63,932 nucleotides of DNA, filler included, from Reclinomonas americana ATCC 50394 (GCA_048213135.1; 15 parts of 15 records of this genome joined end to end with filler, not necessarily neighbours in it); one strand, 5' to 3'; shown: positions 1-12,960, numbered from the whole stretch's first letter. The notes: a model not told the origin generated them from the letters alone. A program made the numbers and translations.

Positions 1-54
<54 letters not shown>

Positions 55-80
55 CAGAGAAACAGAGAGAGAGAGAGAGG
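1..80. repeat. (GA)n microsatellite at segment start
   Basis: About 25 perfect GA units, then degenerate GA repeats to position 80. Confidence 0.95.
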
Positions 81-83
81 CGT

Positions 84-1845
84 GTGGCATTACTTGTGAG
101 CCTCCTTGCGGATCAGCACTCCAGCTACGTGCTAGAAGGGTTTGATCCGAAGCTGTCTCACTCGGAGCACCCACTGCAACACCTGATACGTGACACTGCA
201 CCTACACGATGGAAACGCAGAAAGACTACATCAGAGAACAGATCTGCCACTAGAAGCAGTTCGCGACTGCAACCTCACTCCTCTCCAGATTCATGCCGAA
301 AGCCACATTCGTCATGCAGTCTATCGATCTTACAGCGACCTTACTCAGCGAGATCGACACCAAGATCAGAGAGGCAGTGAGAGCTGTCACAGGTCTATCG
401 AAAGGAAGTGGCAACGCAGTGATAGAGACACCGCTCTCCTTGGGTGGACTGGGAATCCGATCTCTGGCCGACCGTCGCGCACCATTCCTCATCTCGTCGG
501 CACACAAACTCCTCACGAGCGCAACCTCGTCAGAAACGTTGCACGCAGAGTGAAAGCAAACACGATGGAGAAGTTTGCACTCTTGCCCGACAACGCTGTC
601 CCTCCCACTGATCACCTGTTCAAGAGAGACGTCGTGCAGAACCACAAGGAGCTGCACCGCCAGCAGGTAGACGTCAATGCTCCCCCCCGTTTCTTTGACT
701 TTCCCTTTGTCGCGAGAGAAGACGGCACCTTTGTGTTCAATGGTCAGCAGCCAGGAAAGACAGACAAGGCAGAGAACATCATCGCCACCGCAGCCACTCT
801 AGCTGCGAAGCACAGATTCAGCGTAGACTGCTACACTGATCCAGTCACTCAGAAAGTCACCACGACTGGCCGTCTTTCCGTTCACTGAGAAGTTCCTGAA
901 ACTGTCAACAAGTTCCAAGGAAATGAGAAGTCCGAGAAGTGGAACGAAGAGGTGGCAGAAGAAAACGGAGATGTGCACCCGAGAAAGTCAGGTCGCTTTG
1001 CTTTCACTTACCGTCACGGTGCTGGTGCACACGACTGCTTGAAAATCGGTCGTGGTCTGTACCCGAAGCAACAGTCTTTCGCCTTGAAACTGCGCACCAA
1101 CTCCCTCTATCTCAACGCTACACGCGCGAAGAATAGCCAGAACTATACCCCTCACATGGCTAGCTGCAAAGTGTGTAACAAGGGACAGCCGGAGACAGTG
1201 GCGCACCTCTTGTGCTGCTGTGAGGCACAGAAAGACAATGTGATGAGTCGACACAACAGAGTGGCAACGATCTTGCACGAGGAATTGAGAGACTCAAGTG
1301 TACACAGCGAGGCAGTCTTCTACACTGAGAAAGTACCGCAGAATTTGTTGGCAGCAGGAGAAAACCAGTTGGCACAGTTGAAACCAGACATTGTGGCTGT
1401 GACTCGAGCAGGTCCAGATGCCGATGCACAGGTGACGAAGGTGCTGATTGTGGAGCTCACCGTGGCGTACCCCAAGGACGAAGAGGCACTGCAGAAGGCG
1501 TACGACCGCAAGTTGGCGAAGTATGCCGAACTGGTGGAGAAGATCCGAACGCACACTGGAGCGGTGGTTACGTACGTACCGATTGTTTTCACGTGTGCAC
1601 AGACTTCCCAGGCGTCGTTGAAGAAGATGGGCATTGAGAACGGCCAGCTGCGCCGAGTGGTGGACAGGTGCTGCGTGGAGATCCTGCGGGCGGACTATGC
1701 GATGTTTGCTTGTTTGTGTTCAACTAGTATACGTGTGTCAACTCCGTTGCCGTCATTGCGTGATGCTGTTCCTTGTTTGTGCGATAAGTTGCAGCGTACT
1801 TCGGAACAACTTCAATCAGTAAGTGATTCAGTCTTCATGAAATAG
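84..1845 (+). mobile_element. Decayed, 5'-truncated non-LTR retrotransposon with C-terminal restriction-like endonuclease (R2/R4/NeSL-type RLE group)
   Basis: ORF 293-553 has an RT thumb-like motif (..IETPLSLGGLGIRSL..). ORF 952-1845 has LKLRTNSL, a CCHC knuckle (CKVC-x9-HLLCCC), RHN, KPDIV..IVELTV and RKLAKY, the RLE motif series. Frameshifts near 285 and 525 and an in-frame TGA at 886-888 break the ORF. Confidence 0.85.
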
Positions 1846-1936
1846 AAAGGCGCTGAAATTCGAGGCTGGAGAAGATATGTGCATACGTAAAGGCGGGAGA
1901 CAACAAGGAACAAAATGAGAAGAACAATTCAACCGG

Positions 1937-4900
1937 CTACAGAGGTGAACCGGAGGAATGCGATGGACCGGCAGCAGCCGACACTTCCAGCAGATGAGTA
2001 CTTGCGGACCCTGGATGTGGACTGTCGCTCCCGGATGGAAATCGGATGTTGGACAACGTCTCGAAAATCTCGAGTGCAGACGGTCTCTCCTCAGGTGTAC
2101 GCGCCTAGATCGTTGTAATAATACAAGCACGACCACAATAGCATTCAGTCAACCTGTTGATGGACCACGGCAGCAACATCGGCCATTACACACCCAGCAG
2201 CGCGTCAACAGTGGCTCCAGCTCGACTCTCACTGTGTCAGGCAGCGCATCAAAGGTGTCCACAATGTCAATCTCGTCGCCGTCACGATCGACATCAGCAT
2301 ACATGGCTGCAGCACCGGGAAACAGTCCCTCGTCACATACATAGCTTCGGATCTGATAACACATGTGTCGGTCAACAGCGTATGAAAACTCGACGAATAA
2401 ATTAGCTGCCGCACCTGATGCATGTTCGAGGGTGCCGGAAACGAGTCTCGGAGCGTCATGAGCTCCCAAAGCAATGTACCGAATGCGTATATGTCACTCT
2501 CTCTTGTCGGGAGCACTTGCCGACGCTGTTGGAGACGCCAAGTCAAGTTAAACTGTGCTCGATGTGGTCACACAATGCAGCACCCACCGATATCTGAAGA
2601 AGCTCAGGAGCCGCATACTCGGCAGTATACCCTTCGAGTCCAGTGTGCCGCATAGCAACAATGTATGTCGTTTGGACTTGCGATAAGCCAAAGTCGGTGA
2701 GCTTTGGAGTCAATCCATCAAGGAGAATATCTGGTGGGAAGCTGTCATGAAAAATAAGACAGCAATCTGGAATAAGTACTGGAACGCAACTGTCGGGTTT
2801 TATGTCTCCGTGAACGATGCCTTCTCCGTGAATATAGCTTATAGCACTGGCCAAGGCGACAGCAATGCTGAGCGAATCCGCCAGTTGATTCTGCAAGTTT
2901 GCGAACATGTACATGTAAGTGTATGTACGCCGCAAGGAACAAAACAAACACGAACCGCATCCATCAGTGCGAGGGCTGCCTCATCGCGATGCTCATCGCT
3001 GCTGCGTCGCCGTTCACGGTACTGACGCCACTCGACCATTCTTTTTCGCAGAGTATCACCACCAAGTTCCAGAATCAGTCCTGGTCCGTCCTCATCATCT
3101 TTGACAACGCCCAACAGCCGCACTATTGATGGATGTCTGTATATATACTTCAATGAGAAATATACCGATATGACGCGACGCATGTCACTTACTGAAGACG
3201 CATTAGCTGCATTGCTTCAACTTGCATCACATCCATAAGGCGCTTCTTCGATTTTTCGTCCGTTGCACGGCCCATTCTAAATCGTTTGTAGGCCACATCA
3301 GCGCCGCCAAACTTTGCACGGTATACTGTTGCCGTCGCGCCTATAGAAAGACAGCAGAGCTGAGTGCACGTAGAAAGATGTTGACCGGCAATCTACGCAA
3401 CATGAAGTCGAGCTCACCATCTCCTAGAATATTGCTGGGACTTAGGTCTCCAAAATCCAAGGCACTGAAAGGAACGCCAGACTCCCGATCCTGTAACTCG
3501 CAAAATTTCTTGAAGAATTCCTCTCGCCGAACAATCTCAGTACGCGAAGTGAATCCTGCATGCAGCACGTCTCCGTTAGCCGTGCTACTCTCGGAGACAA
3601 CGATACACAAAGATGACATCCACGTACGCTTACTGGTGTCGGCTAGCTCCAGTACAAGTCGCTCGAAGTCGGCCCCAGGGAAAAGTGCTTTGGCACAGTG
3701 CTTGATTTGCTCCACAGTGTCGCGGTATTCTGCCGCAGGCACATGCATGGAGTGTCGGTGCGCCTGTGCATTACGCAAGCCCCTAAGTTGGTCCACCATT
3801 GAGCGCTGCAACGAAACAATCAGAAACAATTCTGAAACATGCACAATGAATCAATCTCAAATCTGTAACCATGCTGGGATCGGGCAACAACAACTGTGCT
3901 TCTGCAGCGCCTGGCGGGGTGTATGCAACGAAGAGGAGCAACGAAGTCGACAGCGTCATATCAAACACGACGTGGTTAGCGATCCGAGAGAATTCGTCGA
4001 TTCGCTCTCCCAATCGTTCACCGAGATTTCTCGTATACAAATAGCCACCGCCGAACTTATAGCTGGCATCAAGAGTAGGTTAGTGGATATGCCCAGGAGC
4101 ACATACGTAGACTGGGTGGGAGTCATCTTGGAAGGAGAATATGCTCACTCACCATGGCTGTGTTGGGTACCGAACAAGGTGTGACAAAGTGCCCTGCACA
4201 TCTGCAGCCGCTCTCCCGCAAAGAGGGCGCAGGCAAAACTCGCCGCCTGTTCGACGGGACAAGTCGTCGAGTTGTCGCCGCAGAAGTGGCATGATATACC
4301 GTGGAAGAACATCACTGAAGATAGACATCAGGATGAAGCAATATCGATGTCGGACATTTGTCGCATTATTGGAATGTGGTGAATGAAGTGTTTTGTTGTG
4401 CAAAGACAGACAGAATCATTCAGCAAATGATGAGTGTGACACTGAAAGAACAGGGGAAACGCAAACTTACTCATGAGGAATCCCTTCTGTAGCGCCTGAT
4501 GAAATAATTGAGAAGGGAATCTACTTGCTCACAGCCGAAGGGCACAAATGACAAACCTTCCGAAGTTGCAGTGGAATTCTCCTGCTCGCGGAGAAATGCT
4601 GGGAGAATGCGAATTCGGCACATGCGTGCACTCAGCGACATGGATTTATGGGCATGTAACATCCCTCGACCAGCAACAACACAAACGCACCTGGCAACGC
4701 ATTTTCTGCAGCTGCACGTAGATTAAAATTGATAACCACCTTCTCCGACAACGGTACATTCGCTGGCATTGTGCCGGCGATTGTCAGATCGTGAGCGACA
4801 AGCGTGTAAGTACGTTGCCATAGCTGTTCTCACCTGGTTTACCATCCTCCAATCCAAGACTTGTTAGAGAGCAGACGTGAAGCTGTGTTGCTTGACGAAG

Positions 4901-5780
4901 CTGAACACACTCTGCCGCACTGATGCAGTTGACTATGCACATCGAGTACAGATAGCGCAGTGAAAACACATAGTGAGGCAGCAGACGCAGCGCTGGCGAC
5001 AGAAAAGATAGCGCAACATGCGACGTCCAGCGATTTCAAATTGATACGTCTCGGCCTTGTGGGAAGGTCTACCGCAGCACGAACTAAAGCCGAAGCGCCC
5101 GCGAACTCAATTCGATTGCCTGCACAAAGAAGATGGCATTCAGGAGTGTGTGCACGACAACCGTGGCAGCGCACGCACATCCAACAAACCAACAATAGTC
5201 AATTTGGTCAACAGAGGAAGCCTGGCAGCAATTTCTTGCGCTCCTTGAGCCTCTAAAAAGTTATCTGAGAACCAACAAAACGATAGTCAAACGCAGCGCA
5301 CGAAGACAACCACAGACGACGCCGAAAAGCTTTCGCACTCACACGACACATCAAGCTCAATCAGGTTGCGAAAGGTGTTGCAGATGACTTTCGCACTCTC
5401 ATGTGTGAGGCCATTGGGATTCTCGATGTCGCGCCCAGCGAGTATGAGGCGCTGCACTTTATCGCGCTCGTCTTTGTACTCTTTCACTTGGTCAATGTAC
5501 TCACAAGCACGGTCGAGGCCATCGTCTCCCAGCACTCTCCCGTTGAGCGCTGGTTGCGAAAGATCGAGCTGCACGTGCATGCAGTGGATCGTTGAGTGAT
5601 CATGAGACGAGAGCAACAAAGTGGACAGGTGGCAGTGCATAAATCTGCGTGCGATGAACAAGAGAACAGCGCAGCGCTCACCGTGTACCAGCGCACTTCA
5701 CTGCCGGCCGCGGCGCCGACGCGGAAGCAAGCATCAACAGCCTGCTCAATCTGCTGTCGGCTGGCGAGCGCTGAACCCAT
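1937..5780 (-). CDS. Multi-exon protein: N-terminal MG (myristoylation-like), RI-like LRRs, HEPN (DZIP3-like) domain, TKL-like protein kinase
   Basis: ATG 5780 (MGSALAS..). LRRs about 5568-4840 (LDLSQPALNGRVLGDDGL; LIELDVSxNFLEAQGAQEIA; LKSLDVAFNCI). FDMTL at 3965-3951 and LRNAQAH (R..H at 3775-3758). Kinase motifs after splicing: ILGDGATATVY, VAYK, HPSIVRLLG, HGDIKPDNILL, DFG, YAAPE, SDIYAFG, CWARTPEERPS. Stop TAG at 1939-1937. Confidence 0.85.
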
Positions 5781-6191
5781 GCTCACGACACAGTTGACTG
5801 CCAGAGCTCGACAGAGGGTGAGCAAAGACCGATACGAGGAGTGGGGGACGCGCTGACGTCATGATGGCAATAAATTAATTGCTCACTGCATGCAATATTT
5901 AATCAGGGAACGAGCGTTACTGCAACTTCCAAAGCAGCAAGCCTGTGGTGTCTGCAAGTTCTCTGGGAGTTGTATTACCACTTCCATTATATATGGGAAC
6001 ATCAATATTTATGATCATATTTATATATTAGTGGTGTGGTGACAGTGGACAAGTGCTGGTGCGGTCCAGCGCCCTCCCACGCTGCCGTATATATATGTGC
6101 TGCATCGCGGTCTCAAGCAATTGAGTGATGGAGGAATAAGCGCAAGGGAATTCCAACGAACACGGCAACCATGGCCAGGCGGCCAGATGCG

Positions 6192-7096
6192 TCACACAAA
6201 GAAGTTGACCTGCATGCATATGCTGCGTTCACGATCGCGTTCACTAGTACTGGATGGTAGTACTTCTGCTGATAAGCGGAGAGTTCTCCTCATCTCTTCT
6301 GTCGGCGAGATTACCACCAGCTTTGATGACGAAGCGGTCACTTTTGATGGTTGTTGAATGGTTGACACCCACTCGCAGGAGAGAGAACGCAAGCTGAGTA
6401 CAGAAAATTAATTAAGAATGCAGCTGCTGCGGCAACACGCAAGCGAACGATGACGCAACAAAAATAAAGGTGACGTCTCGAATTGAGAAGTCATTGACAT
6501 ATCTGGGATCTGATATGGAACCGAGTATGCAACAAACGAGCCACAAAACGACCACAGTCGCGTACGCCAGACAGCCAATGACAGCCTACATCACCACCAT
6601 TAGGTGAGCAAAGCGCACGTGCACGCACATGAATATATAGCATTCCAGACACACTGTACTTTAACCATCCAGAAGATATCCGGACCAGAGGTAATAAAAA
6701 CGCGACTGGACAAGGCCACAGGAATGAATACTGACAACAATCCTGCCGTGCACACCAGCTTGATGTTCGTGTAATTAGGCATTGCTAAAAAGCGATGCAC
6801 GAGATAGCGGATAAGTACTCCCTTACCAAGCCAGTAGATATTCCAACAGCGATGCACGCGTCACTTGGGCACCTCAAACCAAAGAGAGGCAAATAGTACA
6901 GCAATGTCGCAATCTGACAACCACCACGAAGGATAGTGAGCCAACGCACGCACATCCACGCTGCAGTTGCTGCACTCACCGCAAGCATTGACGCACACAT
7001 GACGCATATGATCCGCACGGCTCGCGACCACAGAGGATTGAACTTCGTAAGTCGCGATACCTGCAGCCATCTTGCCGCCCTTCTCCTCGAAAGTGT

Positions 7097-7163
<67 letters not shown>

Positions 7164-7910
7164 CCTCTCTGCTTTGAAACAAAGGAACGCACCAGTGAAC
7201 GATTCCGAGGCTGTAGAAAATGATACGACAGAGGGTTGGACCGCCGTAAACACTCCCAAACACGGCTGTGAAGTTTACGTTGGTCGAGCAAAAGCCACTG
7301 AATGCAGAGCACGCTGACGACTGCGGGTTGTCGAGTATACACAAGGCTATTGCAACCATCGTAACTGATCAAAAAAGCACCAAAACATCAGCCAGCAGCA
7401 CAAAGCAACACAGAACTGAGGAATGGCGGTACTGATACCTACCAACAGGGAAAAATATCATCATCACCAACAGTCCTTGACCCGACCAAAATGCAATCCG
7501 AGATGCATGATGATAACGGCTGCAGGCAAGTTGCGGATGAAGACACGCTCAGATAGCACTTGTTTTCTCTCTCCCTTTTTCTCGCTCTCTCTCTCTCTCT
7601 CTCGCACACGCATACACACACAAAGCACACATACTCGCATTGTCGAACCTCTCACGCACACAACACAAAATGCATCTTACCTACAGCACATGAGACTCGA
7701 GCTCCTGATCACATGCGGCCGAAAGTTGCACAAGAGAGTGACCGTCGCAGCAACAATCGCCGCGGTGCTGTATGCATAAATGACTCCGAAAGCTCCCTGA
7801 GAAACGACGAACGCGGGTAAGTAAAGCAGCACAGTTTACACTCTCTCGGCGATGCAGATCGTTACCCCAGGCCACCAGCTTCCAATAGAACCCGTTTCGT
7901 CAGTCATCAT
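6192..7910 (-). CDS. Multi-exon multipass membrane protein (7TM/GPCR-like, uncertain)
   Basis: Spliced start MMTDETGSIGSWWPG|GAFGVIYAYSTAAIVAATVTLL. Further hydrophobic exons (TLCRIIFYSLGIVHW; MCASMLAVSAATAAW; GLLSVFIPVAL) and a polar C-terminal tail ending at 6192. Internal exon structure only partly resolved. Confidence 0.55.
7100..7160. repeat. (CA)n microsatellite, intronic
   Basis: About 30 CA units. Similar (CA)n/(GA)n tracts occur in many introns, e.g. 10262-10302, 39403-39450, 44640-44707, 58989-59068. Confidence 0.95.
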
Positions 7911-8196
7911 TGTGCAACTATGCACTCGCTGTGCTCGTGGGGGACGCCAATAAATGCGACTGGAAGTCACTTCAGCAACATGCTCTGCGCTTCGCCCGAG
8001 TCTTTGTACAAGAAAAACAAGAACTGGCATCATGATCAGCTTCTTCTTGGGCAGAGGAGCTCGAGAGGACGAGGCGTGCTGAAGCTCGAGCTCGAGCGCT
8101 CATTGCTGTCCTGAGCTTGCCCGCAGCGCCTCGTCTTCGTTTCGCTTCGTTTCCCCGCTCAGTGTCTCTCAACCAAGACCGCACTGGCCACGAACA

Positions 8197-9860
8197 ATGG
8201 ACAACCCAGTGAGCATCTTGTCCGTGAGTTCCTTCGTCCCCTCTGGTGTTACACTCGCGCACAAGGGAGAGGCTGACATATGTGTTTGTGTGTTGTGCAC
8301 TAACACATGTGTCAGCTAATTGTCGCAGTCTCTGTGTCTGTGGCGTCCTTGCTTGCCTTGGTGGTCGACGTTGTGCGCATCAGGCGCAATCCAGGTGTCT
8401 GCGGCAGCGGGTGCGTGAATGCAACAGCAAGAATTCGTCGTTGGATGCGCGTACGGAGTGTAACCCACGGCGTGCGTTACTTGCACAGGAGTCGCAATCG
8501 TGGTGCATTTTGGTTGATTCAGATACAGCGTGTTGTGTCGAGCATCACGTCATGTTGTACGTAATATGATCGTGAGACTATCGCGCATACCCACCGTGCG
8601 TGATCCTTGTTTTGCGTGCTCATGCAGTGGTGTGGTTGCTTTTGTTCGTGGCTGAGAGAGACGGAGTCGCAGCTCTCTCGGCATTTGAGGACGGAACAAT
8701 TGTTGGAGGGTACTCATGGTCGTTTCCAGTTGTCGGTGCTTTGTGGACAGTCGACGCACTACTTCTCCTTTTGATTGTGTGCGTTATCGTGTTGTGCATA
8801 TGAAACACCATGCGGCTGAGAGTGGTAACTCACGTGTACCCATGCACGTGTTCGCTGCATGATCGTCAATGCAGGTGTTTACGAACATTGCCGTTGAAGG
8901 TGTCCACTGCATTCTCCTGCAGCTCATTCCAGACAATGTGCAAGTGTTGTGACCTGCGGAAAGTCCGACAAGCGTGGTACATCATTGTCATATCGACGTG
9001 TGCTTTTTCGATGGTTTGCATGTTGCATGTCTCTCTGCGTATCCAACAAATGACTTCGTCACTGCATGTTACTGCCGTGCGCGTGACACAGGCATGCCTC
9101 ATTCTTGCCATGGCTGATATCACTTCGAGCAATCATTTCTCTAAGTGCACCTGGGAGTCAAGCTTTCAGTCGAGAATTCAATCTTCGATAGTGGCATCAT
9201 GTTTGGCGGCGTCACTGTGCTTCATCTTAGTTGCGTCGAGTATTCTAATTGCATATCCAAGTCTTGTCTGTCTCTGACGTCGCCTATGCACGTAGACACC
9301 AACAGTTGCAGGCATTGCAGCGCTGGCTTTCCTCGTGCACCACTGGCATCTCGCAAAGTCGACCATCGCGGAAGATAAATGGCAGATGGTGTCCAGCGTT
9401 AGCAGAAGGGGGTGCACTGCAGTTTAGTAACGCGTGGCCTGCATACGCCCCCTCGTTGTACCTCACGTCGCGGGTGTGCACACAGAAGCTTTATGGCGCC
9501 TGCGTTCTGCTTTCAGCAGTGCTTTCTACCTTGGTGGTGATGCTGCTGATCGTAGCGCGACTGGACGCGTCTCTGTTCGATGCTATGATCGTTAGCAGCC
9601 TTTTTGTGTTTCAGTTCGGCAGTGGCGTTGTGACCTCCGTGTCGGTAAGTGAGAAAGGTGCCGAGCATGCGGTGTACTCTACAGCAGTAGGCTCACCATC
9701 GCAGCAGACGTTTGCACTGATTAGCCAAATGTCGAACTGGGGCAAGAGGCACACGATTCGGTTGGTTTCATCTGTCACCGCGACAGACGAAGAGCGGCAG
9801 TCGTTAGTGTCAGACACCGAGACACACGTACGCTACTCTCACGCACACACTGTGAATTAG
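8197..9860 (+). CDS. Multi-exon multipass membrane protein (7TM/GPCR-like, uncertain)
   Basis: MDNPVSILS|LIVAVSVSVASLLALVVDVV, followed by about 5-6 more hydrophobic segments (WSFPVVGALWTVDALLLLLI; AWYIIVISTCAFSM; SIVASCLAASLCFILVASSILIAY; LYGACVLLSAVLSTLVVMLLI) and a Ser/Thr-rich tail. Stop at 9860. Confidence 0.6.
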
Positions 9861-10065
9861 CAGCTGTATTAACGCAGTGTTGCATTGAGTTGAACGAAAC
9901 ATTAATGAACGAGTCATCTAACCTCGTGGCTGTCACATCGGCAACGTCACGTGATCAACATCATTCACTCACACATCGAAACAACGAGAGCATGTCACCA
10001 TACACGCTCTCTCTCTCTCACACACTCAAACACACACACACACAGATATCAAAACATGGCTCCTT

Positions 10066-10259
10066 TTACGCCCAGATCTTGACCGTGTTGTCCCACGAGC
10101 CTGCATTTGCTTGTGTCAGTGCACGATTGTGGCAGTCTCCTTGCACAAGAGAGAGAGAGAGAACCAGAGACGAGTAGAGGATACACGGGGACAGAAGTGC
10201 GCGAGAGGCAAGAGCATTAAGAAAACGGGGACAGAATGCGTGTGTTTCGGAGAACACGA

Positions 10260-10304
<45 letters not shown>

Positions 10305-12732
10305 GAGCAGAGGATACACGGGGACAGGAGTACGGGTGTGTGGATGAATGAGTGGAAGAGAAAGACAGAGGCAAGAACATGAGGAAACGGGGAGAATGAG
10401 TGCCTCGGAGAACCAGAGAGAGTCAGCAGAGTGCGTGAGATAGGGAGATCAGGAACAGAGAAGTGATGAAAAAGACTGAGAATGAGAGAGAGAGAGAGAG
10501 AGAAAGGGAGCGAATAAGTGAGACGAATAGAGCGTGCGCGGCGACAGCGATTGAGCGGGTGTGGAAGGGAGAGAATACCGTCTCTCTCCGCTTCTCTCTC
10601 TCTCTCACACAAACACACGAGTCTACGAGATTCAAACGCACCAGTGGCCAGCGCCTGCCCATCGGACGACGTTTGCAGGCACGACACGCGGTTGTCGTGA
10701 CCGTCAAGCACCTGTGCAAGCACGAGCACATACATGAGCAACAGAAACCATTGTATACCGTTGAGGCGAGTTCTCACCTGCAAAATGGTTCCCTGCAGCA
10801 CATCCCACGCCACGGCTGGGTGGTCGTCGTAGCCGGCAAACAGCACACGGCCACTCTTGGTGAAGGCAATCTGCAGAAGGCAAAAACGAAAGCAAGTCAG
10901 AAAAGCGCACTGAAATCCTTTCAAGTCACGCGCGCCATCTCTCTCGATCTTTTTTCTTCTTCTTCTCTCCTCACACACCGCGCAGACTGACCGCGCGCGC
11001 ACGTCACATTTCTCATTTCTCTCTTCTCTCTCTCCCGCTCTCACACTCTCTCTCTGCCCCTTTCGACCCCTACTCACCGACGTCACTCCACCACGCTCAT
11101 CCTGCAACGAGTACTCCATCAACGGCCCGTCGGCACGCACGTCCCACATGCGGCACACGCCATGATCGTCGCCCGTGCCAAACGAGGTGCCATTCGGGAA
11201 GTACTGAATGCTGTTGACATCGAGGCCCTCGGGTGTCGGGTGCGGGTTCTTGAAGGTCTTGACGCAGCGGCCATTGTTGATGTCCCACAGCTTGGCCGTC
11301 GAGTCGCAAGAACCTGAGAGATAGAGAGGGAAAGGGAGTAAGCTCTCCATCTGATTCTTCCTCTCTCTCTCTCTCTCACTCATTTTCTCTCCTCTTCTGT
11401 CGCCTGCTCTCTTCCTCTCGTCGGGAGATATGTGACGAGCGACAAAGAGAGAGACTGACACTGCGAGAGAGAGACGGTAAAAACTCTCCATTTCATTCTC
11501 TCTCCTCTGTCGCCTGCTCTGTTTCCGCCTCTCTCTTTCTCTCCCTCTAAAGAAAAGAGAAGAGAGAGAGAAGAGAGAAGACGAACAGACAGAGGGAAGA
11601 GACTGGAACATTGAGAGTCAGAGAAATGGTAAAAACTCTCGAACTCATTCTCTCTCTCTCCCTCTGAAGAATAGAGAAGAGAAGAGAGAAGATGAACATG
11701 GCAGAGGGAAGAGACTAAAACATCGAGAGAGAGAGAGAGAAAGGGTAAAAGCTCTCCGCCGCATTCTCTCTCCTCTGTCGCCTGCTCTGTTTCCGCCTCT
11801 GTCTTTCTCTCCCTCTAAAGAAAAGAGAAGAGAGAAGACGAACACGACAGGGAGACAGAGAAATGGTAAAACTCTCCAACTCATTCTCTCTCTCACTCCC
11901 TCTCTCTCTCCCTCCGAAGAAAAGAGAAAGAGAAGAGAGAAGATGCACACGACAGGTGAGAGACTAAAACATCGAGAGAGAAAGGGAGTAGGCTCTCAAT
12001 CTGACTCCCATTCTCTCTCCTCTATCGCCTGCTCTGTTTCCGCCTCTCTCTTTCCTTCTCTCTTTCTTTCTCTCTCCCTCTTTCTCTCTCTCTCTCTGGA
12101 TGACTCACCCGAGATAAAGTTGGTGGCAGCCGGCTCCTCCACCGACACGCACATCACGTCGCCACCGTGACCAATAAACTTGCCGCGCACTTCGCCCGTC
12201 TCCACATCCCACAGGATGCACGTCATGTCGCCGGAGCTCGTCAGAATGTACCTATGTGGACAGTGAGGAACTAGTGACGGCCGACGACAGGTGCAGGTCC
12301 ACCACACAACTTGTCGATAATGAAGCGGCAGCACGAAATGTAGCCCGTGTGGTGCGCCAGTTCACGCGCCGGCTTGAGCGGGGCGTCGCGGACGCGCAGC
12401 TGGAACACGCTGCAGTGGTTGTCTGCGTTCGGGAGGTAGATGAGAGGAGAGGGATGGATAAAGGAGGGGAGGGGATAGAAACGCACCCAGTCCACCACAC
12501 GCGACCAAGTTTCCGGACGGCGAGTACGCGCACGTCATCACCCACACCGAGCGCAGCGGAATGTGATTGATCTTGTACGTCGTGAACGCGTTCCACACCA
12601 ACATCTGACCAGCGAGGGACAGTGAGCGCACGGCACAGCAGACAATCGCTCACAAACCAACGGAACCTTGCCGTCTTGCGACGCAGAGACCAAGCCGCGA
12701 GAGTCGTTCGGTGCCCAGTGCAATGCGTACAC
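10066..12732 (-). CDS. GNB: Heterotrimeric G-protein beta subunit (5' end lost in gap)
   Basis: Spliced sequence carries hallmark G-beta motifs: [84 protein letters not shown]. Confidence 0.96.
11320..12100. repeat. Degenerate intronic tandem duplication of CT/GA-rich blocks
   Basis: The block ..cattctctctcctctgtcgcctgctctgtttccgcctct.. recurs about 4 times inside one G-beta intron. Similar intronic duplications occur at about 47030-47500 and 49800-50500. Confidence 0.75.
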
Positions 12733-12791
12733 CTGCGGAGGAGGGGGGGGGGGGGGGGGGGGGAGAGGAGGGCGTGGGAGAGAGAGAGTAC

Positions 12792-12860
<69 letters not shown>

Positions 12861-12960
12861 NNNNNNNNNNNNNNNNNNNNNNNNNNNNNNNNNNNNNNNN
12901 NNNNTTAATTAATTAANNNNNNNNNNNNNNNNNNNNNNNNNNNNNNNNNNNNNNNNNNNN
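12861..12960. other. Artificial 100-bp spacer N44-TTAATTAATTAA-N44 (first of 14)
   Basis: Identical spacers start at 12861, 17231, 19169, 21299, 25621, 28954, 36792, 40058, 44819, 47721, 51521, 58866, 60568 and 62471. The 12-mer places stops in all six frames. Confidence 0.98.

Noticed and set aside
886..888. In-frame TGA as evidence of stop-codon reassignment or selenocysteine
   Set aside because: It lies in a relic that also has frameshifts. Host genes end at TGA (13746, 43391, 48676), TAA and TAG normally, and apparent internal stops elsewhere resolve as introns.
5854..5861. CRE palindrome TGACGTCA 74 bp upstream of the LRR-HEPN-kinase ATG
   Set aside because: About one match is expected by chance in 64 kb, and there is no independent support.
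12905..12916. TTAATTAATTAA as a piggyBac TSD or regulatory motif
   Set aside because: Identical in all 14 N-flanked spacers; a synthetic all-frame stop linker.
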